DNA of 64,000 nt from Catajapyx aquilonaris (lineage: Eukaryota), in the NCBI GenBank assembly GCA_000934665.2, contig KZ538173.1, positions 1-64,000 on the forward strand. The letters run 5' to 3'. Both the position numbers and the translations under genes were made by a program. The notes below the pieces were generated by a model. The model made no database searches, was not told the origin of the DNA, and worked only from the letters and a program-made list of their open reading frames with translations. Of the stretch, positions 36,301 through 48,300 are shown piece by piece. Within the stretch, counting starts at the first letter, position 1; the number at the start of each line of letters is the position of its first letter.

Positions 36301-39300
36301 GGCTGCGCCGCTTCTTTTCAGCAGATGTCCCCTCTCTGGATCGCCTTCGAGGAGACTTGCCAGGGCTGCCTTTTGAGCGTCGACGTCTCTCTCGCCCATT
36401 GCCAGCTTCAACGCGCTGGCTTGATGATTCATCAGAGGTGTGTTCTTCTAGTACCTTCTCTGGTGTGTGAGCTGGCGTTCTTTCTATAACCCATTCGTCC
36501 ATTCTAAAACCTTCATGCATTGCAGGACTTCGAACCATACCAGGCGTTATTGGTTCTTCTGCTGCCTTTTCAACAGCTGGTGTGCGTATTGGCTTTGTAC
36601 CATCCTTCTTTTGCACTGGACTACGACTACGTGATTTGCTCCTTCGGACTGTCTTCCCTCCTGTTATTTCAGCCATGGCTGCCTTTGGATCACGCAGAAT
36701 AACTTCAACACTGGATTTACGGCGCACTGGGGCTGCTCCATCTCCCCGGGGAGGACCTTTACCAAACATAGTTGTACCAGGAGGAAAATCAAGCGTCATG
36801 TTTCGTTTCATGTGGCGTCGCTCCTCCTCTGTCCAAGCGGACTCTGACTTGGCATCATCATCGTCATCGCGTGGACGGTGTAGTGGTGATTCCTCGGAGC
36901 GAACACCAATCTCAACTGAGCTGCCATCAACAGTATAGCTCCCAGAACTGCTGCTCTCATCATACTCACTTGTAGAGGTGCGGGTCTTAGAACTTTGGGG
37001 TGTCAAGGTGCTATCACGAGACAAACGTGGGCGTTCAGAAACTGATATTATCTCAGCACGTGGTGTAGCACTTCTGGCACTGACATCTTCAGCTTCAGCA
37101 CCATTTTCTCCCTCCACCTCCTCCAAAAGCACATCTTCTGTGGCAGTCTCAGTGCGAGCGAGGCTGTACACAGAAGAACCACTCTCGAATGAGCTCCCTT
37201 CACGGTACAAGTTACGTTGTGATGATCCACTCCGTCTAGTGGCCGTTCTGAAATACAATGAAACAAAATATAACTTATTGGCACTTTACCATGTGGAAGC
37301 TAGTCTGATGTGCTACACTGACATAACTGCTGCTTAGGAACACTCGAAATAATGAAAAAAAAAAAAAGCAAGAGTTGTTCCTTCTTTAAAGTGTACAAGT
37401 CCGGACTACTTGGCAATGAGTCACAAAATTTCTCCTATAATTTTTCTCAATAAATAATGCCCAAATCTCTGTAGTTGGTAGCCACAAGCATCACATGCCA
37501 ATATCCACTGACAATTTGTACGTGAGAATGGAAAAAAAGAAATTCCACATTCCTCTGGGCTCTATACATCAAGAACAAGTGCCTACAAATCCCATTTTCC
37601 TGCAAGAATTCACAACAATACCTGAATTTTCCATATCCAAGTTATTAATCCAACTTACATCAAAAACTATCCTTGCTTTCCCCCTGCCCAATATCGTCCT
37701 ATCACACCTCTGCAGTAGTTCAGTAGGATTCAGATCACGTATTGCAATTTGGGCGTGGGTATGATCAGTCGTTCAATTCTTATCAACAGACTTTTCCTAA
37801 CCAACGTTACACTGCATGAAAATGCTGATGGGTCTTGATTTTGATTAAGTGCTTTCACTGCCTTAGGTCTAGCCATGACATTGGCATACATTCTGACATA
37901 ATTTGGAAAAAAAAAAAAGGTATTCATTCCAGGTGCAAATGAATAGTTTTAGAACTGCCTGGCATTCCAGGAATCATTTCTTGGCTCTAGGTTGAAATGG
38001 GAGTGCAAGTGTGCCTAGCAAGTTAAAAAGCAAGAATTGAGTGATCTAGCAAAAGATACAAGAACAGGACTAACACCACATGTGTCCCATTAGACGGGCA
38101 TAATCGTAGTCCTCTGCAGGTGCAATAACATTAAATGACCAGGTGCACGATGATGTAGTATACTGTGCAGTGTGCAGCTAAAAAGCAACTTGTACAATTC
38201 CTTACTAACTATTTGCACATAAGGACCGTATTGTATTTGTTACCATAATACTGAAATAAGACTGAGTCTTTTTTTAAATTTTAGAATATAAATATTTCAA
38301 ATAACTAGGGGAAAAAAGAAAAGTACTGGTCCTAAACCAATACAATTCCGCTCTTGGGGCATGTAATATTAAGGCTAAATTTGCTTTAAATTGTTCATCA
38401 TCTTAACTGCTCTGAATTATTTACATACCCCATCAACTGTAAACTTTGCATTATTAGTTTAGCGTTCTTTTTTTGGTTTTTGGTTTCATCAAATTGAACC
38501 GACCACTACAGCAACACTCACTCAAAACTGCTGGTAGCTGAGTTCTCAGTGGCAGTGACATAATCTTCTGATGTTTCGCTCATGTCTGATGTAGTTTTCC
38601 CAGAATCAGTGCGTGCTAGCTCACACCGATCACTCCCTAGAGGTGATGCACGTTCAAAGTCACCAGACAACACTGGTTTTGGCAGTAGCTTGGGCTTCCT
38701 GTGTTGAATGTGTGGCCCTACACTACGCCTGTCACTAAACATCTCAGGTGGTTCTGACACAACATACACTTCTCTGGTGGATGTACTGGTTGCACTTGTG
38801 TATTTGAGCCGTTCCCGAAGTGCAACATCTTCATCTGCCTCCTCCAACACCTCTGCTTCTAGGCTGGCACCCCGCTGCAGTACCATCTTCCTTTTGGTGG
38901 ATGGGGTGACTCCAGCTGAAGAACTCAGGTCAGATCCTGACCCCAAATGGGTCCCATTGTCCGAGTCACTGAGGCCAGTGGTGGCCATGCTGCTGCTTCC
39001 GCCCTCATGGGCCCCTCGATGTAATACTGTCACCTAGGAGATAAACCAACATGTTGGGAATTCAGATGGCAAGCAACAATTCACAGACCCCACTGCTGAG
39101 ATCTTCTAAGCACCAAGAGGTGAACATTACCTTGCAGACCTTATTAAGTCAATAGCCACCTGCAATGTAGGATTCTCATATGACAAGGAAGAGTGGTATG
39201 TGCCCCTTTAGGCATGTTCACTCCTGTACCATCACTTCAGAAGTCTCAGTAGTGTTGGTCTATGATGTCAACTTATGTGCGGGTAGTCAAATAGTGCCAA

Positions 39301-42300
39301 ATGCCCCAGGAGTTCTTTTTAACACACACAGATACGTGTACTCACAGCCACACAGCACAGAAATACCACACCTGTGACTCGCTCCAAAGGTCACTATGGG
39401 CATCATCCGTGGATCCCAGAGGGGACCGTCCGGTAGGCAGGGCAATGGTGGACACAGTGGGTCTGAGTTCAGACTCACTGGCATACTGACTGATGGAGGC
39501 AGAAGGGCCATCTTCAGATCTTTGGCCACCATCCACGTTGGAAAGGGGTTCCTCCAGAGAAAGGCTGCGCTTTCGAAGAAATCCCTTGTAGATGAGGTTT
39601 TCATGGAACTCATCCTCTGCCACCTCCTCCTCGGAGGCTGTCCGCTCCGGGTTGGATGAGAAGTAGGCAGAGGCGGGCCGGCGATCAAGCCAGTCCGTGT
39701 ATGTTTCTTCTTGCACGCGGCACCTCTCGATTACGTCCTCACTCCTCGAGCCCTCCAGGTCCACCTCCGGATAGCAAAAACCGGACTCTCTCAGAGTGGG
39801 CTCTCACAACACTTGTTAAAAATTGGCTTCATTTAATCTGCTCAGCCCTTGCTCAAGTCTACACAGCAAACTACCTTTTTTGTACGCACCCCCTACCTGC
39901 AAATTTTTCCTGAATCCAGTCTTTTCGAATTAACATGGGGCATTTGACATAATTTAACTACACGCGGGTGTCACTACTGAGCACAAAATGACCAAATAGA
40001 CCAAACAAACAGTGCGAACTACTAGCAGGCTAAAATCCCAAAATTGTGTGAGACTGGAACATGCATGTCAACTAAGTTCTAGAGCTCTATGCATCAATGG
40101 GAGTGTCCAGCACTATTGCATAATGTAATTAGTTTATACCATGTAATTTCAACTTCATCTTCCATTGCAAAGCCAGGTTTGAACTTCAAAAAAGTTCATG
40201 AAAATTCATGGCAGCTTTGGTATTGATTTAAGTTGGATTATGCTACCTGTAACTGACTTAAAATGAGCTTCCCTTATATCCGCAGGGAAAGGAGAGAATC
40301 AGGGGACTCTCAAAAGAGAGATAGTCATTTACACATACGTACAAAGTTCAGTAGTTTCCTTATATGTGTGAAATCTAAGCTTATTCCCTCCTCTTTGCTA
40401 CATAACAATGAGTCAGTTGAAAACAAGACAGCTACAGTGTAATCAGCACATTTCAATTAATATGCACTTCCAAGTATAGTTCAAAAATAATTCGCTTTCC
40501 TGAGGTGCAAATTTTTTTTTGCAGTTTCAACATGCATGAAGTCTAATACCTCTTATGGAAACAAATTCAGTTCCACAATATTACTGTATTTATATTAAGA
40601 TTTCAAACTTGAGAACAGAAAAACTGTCGTCAATGCTGAATTGTGAGAGTTGTGGTGTGGCTAGTTAATTTTCACACTGACAATATCTTTTCTAATCAAT
40701 GCATCTGTTATATCTTGGAAGTACAAAGTGAAAATGCACTGTTATTTAGTGGGACACTTGATCAATGCAATGAGAATGGCTTTCTTCTACCTTTCCTTAC
40801 CTCCACATAGCCAGATGCCATGGTGACAGCCCGACGTCTCTCTAGCAGGATCTCGCCATCAGACAATGTCTTCTGCAGCACCCTTTTGTCCCTCTTTGCA
40901 TCCATACCTCCACTACTAACTGAAACAACCCCACTTCCACCAGCCACTGTCACTGCCCGCATCCTCCCAGGCACACAGTCAGATGGTCCAAAGTCCACAA
41001 ACACTTCCTCATGTTCCCTCTTGCTCTTCTTCTTACGCACCTTCTCTGGAGGTGGTCCTCTTTTGCTGAGGTTCTCCTTGCTTAATAGGAGGGATGGCGG
41101 CGGGGAGGACGCAGGGACACTGGCTGCCCCACTGCCACCCCCGCCGCCCCCTCCCCCGCTTGGCATAGCGGGAAGTGACTCAGTTCCTCCAGCAAGACCC
41201 GAATCCTGACTAACAGTGCTGGATACAACGTGGAACTCCTCTGTAGATTTCGTCCTTCCTGAAGCATTGGCTTCATCCAGATTCCAGATCTGGACATGGT
41301 AACGACCCATCATACCTGCTTCAGAAAGACTTTTCAAGAGCTTCCGGTGCTTTGCCTCACTCCCATTGGTCTGTGCTCCTTGTGAAACCATCCGCACCTT
41401 ATTAAAAAGGCCACAAATTGTTAGGATTTGAATTTTGCCAGAGGTGGAAAGTAAAATCAATATACAGTGTTATATATGTCAGGTTTCTCACAGTTAGAAT
41501 GGCAATTGCAGAAAAAAACTATTTACTTTAATAAATAGAATCCTCCACTGCATATTTCAGTAACGAAATTACTATGACTTATTCCAGGACTGGTGCCTTT
41601 TACACTGACTATGGAATAAGGTGAAAATGACTGCAGCTTTGCTTTTCAAATTCTATTTTTAAGGTTGGGTTGCATTATCGATAGTGACATATACAACTGT
41701 ATTACTACACTTTTGTCTAGCAGTATGCAAATTCAGCTGCAAAGTAGCTGCAAAATCAGGGTAACCATATTTGAAATAATGCACATTGGGTTTCTAGATT
41801 ACATCAGCAGTTACAATAATATCCTGACGCTTCTAATGAGCATTCAGGATTCCTATATGATTGGTACTTTTCATTTGGCTGCATCGCTTTTCATCTCATT
41901 CAAGTTCAACTCCTGCCAGTAAAGTTCAAAGGACACACATCTCTTTGACAGCTGACGTGGAAGATTTGTCAATTTTATGCAGGCAATGACACTTGGAACA
42001 GTATGAAATGTATCTCAGATATTTTCTGAGTTTCTCATAGCAAAATGTCCATGCACTACAATATCCAAGACGATAACCAGTTGTGTGTGGGCTTTACATT
42101 TTTCAATTAGTAGTGCATGGTATACATAGGTGTATGGCTGTACAGTATTGGTCATATATCGAGGCAACCGCCAGCGGCAGAAGAAGGAATCTTGCTCACC
42201 CGGCTTGTAGCATGCTTATCTTCGATTCCTTCTTCTGCTTCGGAAAATGTTGCCTCGATATATGACCAATACTGTACCACTATCAGATATTTTGCAAAGA

Positions 42301-45300
42301 TTTGCCTTTACCAATATTTAACCAAGCTTATTCAGATGCTGGTATTTTTCAATGATGTCAGAAATTATGAATCCCATTGCGCACACAGTGGTCATGATTT
42401 CATGTTACATGTGTATGCCTGGGTTGGCATATAACACCTGCAGCATAAGGTGCAAGAAATTTTGTCACAAAGCAGCTATAAGCAATCAGAATACATCAAA
42501 GATTTGATATCATACTCTGTGTGCTGTTCTGGGGCTGAGAGACAGGTATGTAGGAGGGACGGGTTTCCTTCCCAAGCACACTTCAGTCTGAGTGGCTTGA
42601 GTCCTCATGCATGCCTTCTTCATCTTCTCTGCAGGGCAAAAATGTACAGTCATAAACGATGCACCTTTTTTCAAATTCACTTCCACAAACACCCACCTTG
42701 CATGAGGGCCTTCGCCATTTCTGGTGTAAGTGATGAGTCCTTGCCGTCCAGGTAATCTGGAGTCTTCCTCCCATCAATCAGCCTCTCTTGACTGCGGTTC
42801 ACTGGTGGTGCCCCACCAACAGAGGTCAGGACACGTGCGTCAGCCAAGTTACATTGGTTCTCATCAAAACTTAGGACTGTCTGAGACCTGATGAGTGATG
42901 TTGAGTCAAAACTGACATGCTTCTGGCGACGATCTTCTTGCGCTGATGCCTAATTAAGAAGGATGTTTAAGAATTCTTGTATTACTAACACATTCAACAC
43001 ATTTGACCTGTCCAGATGTATGAGTACAAGATATTAAATGAGGGCAACAGAATTAATCATATTCAGAGAAATTATTATAATTTGCTCAAGTTACCACTGG
43101 TTTACGCAATTACTGAAAATCTTTGATTAAGTATATAAGTATTAACAAATAAATCTAACATGCAACAAGAGGATATGCACCAGCTTTGAAGCACCCAGTA
43201 TGCTATGGCAAATTTCTAAAATGTTTCTCTTCTTTACAAACATTTCAGAGGACACAAATTATTATATATTCATGTCAATTAAATCATCACTGAGATATAA
43301 TACTACTGTATATGTTACAGTATTATATGTACCATACCTAATGCAGATTATTATGCCTATTTTATACCTACATCATACCAAATATACCAACAAATACGCT
43401 ATTCATATTCATTACATGCCTAATTCATACCTACTAGGGACCTTTCGTATAGAATATGTTCTAGTTAGACTCACTCCATTCCCTAAAGCAAGGTCACTTA
43501 TAAGTGGAAATCTTGCACATATAGGCCCTTACTTCAGCCTTACATCATAGTTTTGGTTATCGACTCCTAGTCAATGGAAATCTGCTGAACACAACCCTGG
43601 AGCCTCCCACTTCAAGTTTCCATGGAGATGCCATCATGCAAAAAATGGTGTAAACAATGTCAACAAAAAGAACACTGTTTACTCCAATTGTTGTGTGAGG
43701 GCATTTCCATGAAAACTTGAAAAGTGGGAGGTTCCAGAGTTGTGTTCGGCAGATTTCCATTGACTAGGAGTCGATAAACAAAACTATGATGTAAGGCTGA
43801 AGTAAGGGCCTATATGTGCAAGATTTCCACTAATAAGACTAAACACATGTGTCATCCTTTTGTTTACCAACTTTGGTAAACAAAAGGATGACATAGTGCA
43901 AAGTAAGGGTGGGTCGCCTTTAGCTAAGCCAGTTGTTCTCCAACTCCGACACAAAGTTTTTGCAGCACTTAACAACAGTAATAGCACATATCCATTCTGT
44001 ATTGAGAGGTAAGTGCATAAAAGGCAGCCTGGTTGAGATGGCTAGGACAGGTGATTAAGAAGTCTGATATTGCTCCCCTCAAGGCAGATATATAAAAAAC
44101 AAATATTGTTGTACTGTATTGGTTTCAGAGGAGAAGTTTAAATATGTATTTTGCTCCCATAATGGACAAGCTTTTTTTTTCAGAATGAAACGACTCCAAT
44201 AAAAATACTCTTCCCTGCATTCAGTGATGCAGTTATGATCATATCTGGTTCACAGATTCATTGAGCAAGATACACACGGATTACTAAAGTTGTCATTTAG
44301 GTTGAAAAGCCTGAGAAGGGTCATGCACACACATGCAAATATGCACTACTCAAGCACAAACCAGAATTTTTGAACTGGGAGAAAATGGGAGAACCCCATA
44401 AAAACCCAAGGGCAGAACATCTCGAAAATCTTTCTGCATGAGTATCCTCTGTTCGACCTGGGGATTAAACGCAAGACCTCAGAGGTGGAAGGCTACGACA
44501 TAAGCCACTACATCACTGTGCTGCCCCGCAGGATTCCAAATTCCCCCTACAATTCCTACACATGTCACACGAGCTTGGATGGTGGCTATGGGGTACAGAC
44601 AGCTGGTGGTGTGCATTGATAGCAAGTGGTAGATGCATAAGAAAGATAATAATACTCAATGTGGCAGCAATATAAGCACACTAAAAAATGGGTTATTCAA
44701 TGGGTTACTGTATATGAGGTGTGAGACTGCAGTTTTTGTTCCAGGTCAAGGTAGCATTGGTTTTTAAAAAGTTACCTGATTACTATGGTCCTACTCATAG
44801 CTCACTGGTTTTACTCTTGATTGGTTAGCTAGGGGTACACTCTAGACTAGAAAATAACCTCTTCCTTAGGTTACAATTGAAATGTACACCTCCTTACTCA
44901 GCCTTACAAGTGCAAATCAGCTGTGGCATGATTAGTGCAATTAGTGACAAAAGGTACTCATCATAACATGCGCAAGTGAAGGTAATTCAAAGAAAGCTAC
45001 TCATAGACTGAAGATGCTTAACCAGGTAGTAGTACTCTTTTGCTGCAGCACGCACACCTGGAGATACACCAGCTTGTATCACCTTTTTGGCCATAATGCT
45101 TCTGTCATTCACTTTTCATTTCTTAAAAACTGTTCTTAATGATAAACTCGGATATGGAATTATGCCTTCCAGCAGCATAGCTAACTATTGACACAATGTT
45201 ACAATAAAATTCACAAAGACTCTGTGTCCTGTTAGCCCGGAAAAACATAATGGAGTGGAGTCACATGCCTTTCTACGCATTGTATTGATATACCATAAAC

Positions 45301-48300
45301 TTCAGACACCCTCATTAGTAATATTTCTACCTGTGTCATAACTTCTGGAGTCTGTGCACTTCTCCTGACTGCACCAGGGTGACTAGTTCCCATATCAGGT
45401 GTAGCTGGCTGAGTCTGCACTGACCGTCGAGTGATAACAGCGGTGCTAACAGTGGTGGTGGCTGTTGAAGATGTACAGGCATAATGACTAGGAGTGGTGC
45501 CTGCAAACACAGCAGAGCTTTCTCTTGTAAAACAGTCTCCTCAGCATCTAGCCTAATAAGGTTGACTTAAAGCCAGTGACCTAGGCATAACATAGTAGGC
45601 TCACTATATATACACACCCTCTGGCATCATGGCAGTTTCATACTCGTCTGGGCCCACATCACTCGAGTACCCCAGGGAATCAGTCCGGATAGCCAGCTGA
45701 GTCGGACGGCGATAGGACGCCCACGAATCATCCAAGTCGAGGCTGCTCTGGGGGGGATAATACACTGGATGATGATCCAGTGGTGTGCGAAAACCCTGAA
45801 AATCGACAACAGTCTGCGTTTAACTCTCTATATACATTAACACTTCAATAACTATTTATGCATGATACGTCCTGATTAACAATGATAAGAAACGTCCATT
45901 GCTAGTAATCTTGCATATACCAACATAAAATAATATCACACATCATCTGAGAAACAGCAACCATCAGCATGAGCTTATTACTCTACCCTTTGATCACCTC
46001 ACCACAACCACAGTGTGGCACACGCATGAAGGGCCAGTATCGGCAAACCAAAAGCTAGGCGACCGATAACCAAACTACCTCTCTCTTAACCAGCCACGTC
46101 GCTCGATGTGCAGGTGAACAACCACCCCACAAACGTGCCTAGAATAGTGCAACAGCACAAACGGGCAACCGCAGCATCTGTAGCCATCAATACCGCCCAT
46201 TTCCAAGTACAAGTCCACGCCGACCACGCGTGTCGCCCCAAAAAACTTCGGTGATTCAGGATCTGGGTGCCATGTTGGGCCTATTCCCACCACTGCCACC
46301 AGAGACAAGAACCAACGTGATCCGAGCGCATTCCAATCGCTGATATAGTCATGGTGTTGGACTACAAATGGCGTCCACCATTTACTCAGAGCATACCTTC
46401 ATTTTATGTAATGGAAAAATATGCGAATAATTACCCAGTACAGTACGCCTCAATTCCTATGGGTTCACTCGTCAAAAAATTGCAAACTTGAGCACCAGAG
46501 TGCTTAAAACTCGCTCAATTTACATGTCCATTTCTTGAATCCAATCTGATTATTTTTAGTGTTACAACTGAGTCTGTTCCTGCATGGAAATGGTGTTGTG
46601 TTAGGAAAGTACCCGGAAGAGTGGCAACTTGACAGATGAGGGATTACTGCCCACCTTGTTTGTGAGAACTGCACTTAGCATTATTGAAGCATTGTGGTAC
46701 TCCCTTTGTTCCAGTATGCATCAGACCCGAGGGTATGGAACCTTTTCCAGTAGAGAAAACCGTTTGAAGTACACTACATAAGCATGGGATTTAAAAAGTG
46801 CCGAAAATCTAGCCACAAGGCCACTTAACTGTAAGGAAAGCAGAGGAAATATTAATGTATTGCAAACGATGCATGCTTCCTGCACCTAACTGGCTTAGCG
46901 TAATGCATAATGTAACCTCTGTAGCAGCTCGTCACCATATATTAATAATGCAGGTATGCAGCCATTTCATAATTATGTTATGCAAACAAAGAGCAAAAAA
47001 ATGATATTCGCTCGGATTCGTTACATATAGGCCTGGCAGGCTAGTTCTGGTATCACAGTATATACTAACGAGTGAGTAATTACCATCATATTATTATACA
47101 CTGCACTAGGCACTCTATGTAACGGTATATGACGCTCCAGTTTAAATTTACCTCTAGCGGACATCTACAGTACGGTATGTACAATACGTAATTCACACTT
47201 TATTGGCTCGATCGCTCCCAGTCAAGCTAATCTGCATCCAGCAACCACCAAGTGCCACAAGTACCACGGAAATTACATAGAAAAGAGGCACTCACCCTGG
47301 GTGCCGGAGTTGGCGCCGCAGAGAGTCCCACTTCGCCCTCAGTAGCCCAGGTATACCTCTTGGGCTCTCCAGCACCAGCCGCCACCGTCCTGGCCCTTCT
47401 CTGCAAGAAGTTGTTGTCAAATCCAGCCTCACCACCATCAAACACTCCATCCTGCCATGCTTCCACAGCCACCGACGCCGCTTCCGGGATCCCCGCCCCT
47501 GGTCCTGCCCCTGGTCCCACACCAACCGCCACCCCCATACCACTACCTCCCATACCACCACCTCCCATACCACCGACCGCCCCCGGAGGAATCGCCCATG
47601 GTTTGGGCTTAGGAGCCGGTGGGGCCTTCGGAAGAGAGGTTAGGCTTTCCTCGCTTGGAACCTTTTTGCGGCCATAGCACGACGACAGGAAGGATCGACG
47701 GTTACATGGGCTGTCATCCTGAAACGGGGTCAAAGTGGGCCATATCAACCGGCTGCCGGAATGTTCCTCGCGGAAGCTGTCGGGTACCCTGCTCCCCGGC
47801 ACAAATCGATTCGTTTCCTCAAGTCCAGGGCAATTATGCAAACAACCCGAATATTAGCCTTTCCCGTAATTCGGTAACGACCAATGCCGGTGGCTATCGC
47901 TGAGTAAATGACGGGTTCTTGGGCAGTGTGCATTTGGCTTGCCCCAGCCGTGACATGACTATTATTTTTTCCCATTAGCACACAGCTATTTCAGCCCGCG
48001 CAGGACCCGGCGACAAAATTCGATACTGTCATAAAGTAGTGTGTTTTTGCAAGCCATAAGGTCGGCGACCTCGGCATTGATGGAAACCATAGTAGCTCAA
48101 CACTATTTCCTTCATACGGTAACACCACATTAATATGTGGCGCGCTTCCTTCCTCCAATGCGACGCAATATCTGTCAGGCACCGGCATGAATAATGAGAG
48201 ACACTTTAAGCGAAGCCTACGACATGCAAATTCACGTCGCTTCATTTCAAGGCCCTCTCATCTACTCAGACATCCGTTACCCCAAATATTTTCAGCCACC

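Noticed and set aside
43200..43987. Two opposing ORFs both ending [18 protein letters not shown]
   Set aside because: Produced by the palindromic MITE at 43504-43830.
34877..47677. Many plus-strand ORFs of 100-140 aa (e.g. 34877, 36087, 36582, 40820, 47252)
   Set aside because: They coincide with minus-strand exons and are low-complexity antisense shadows.
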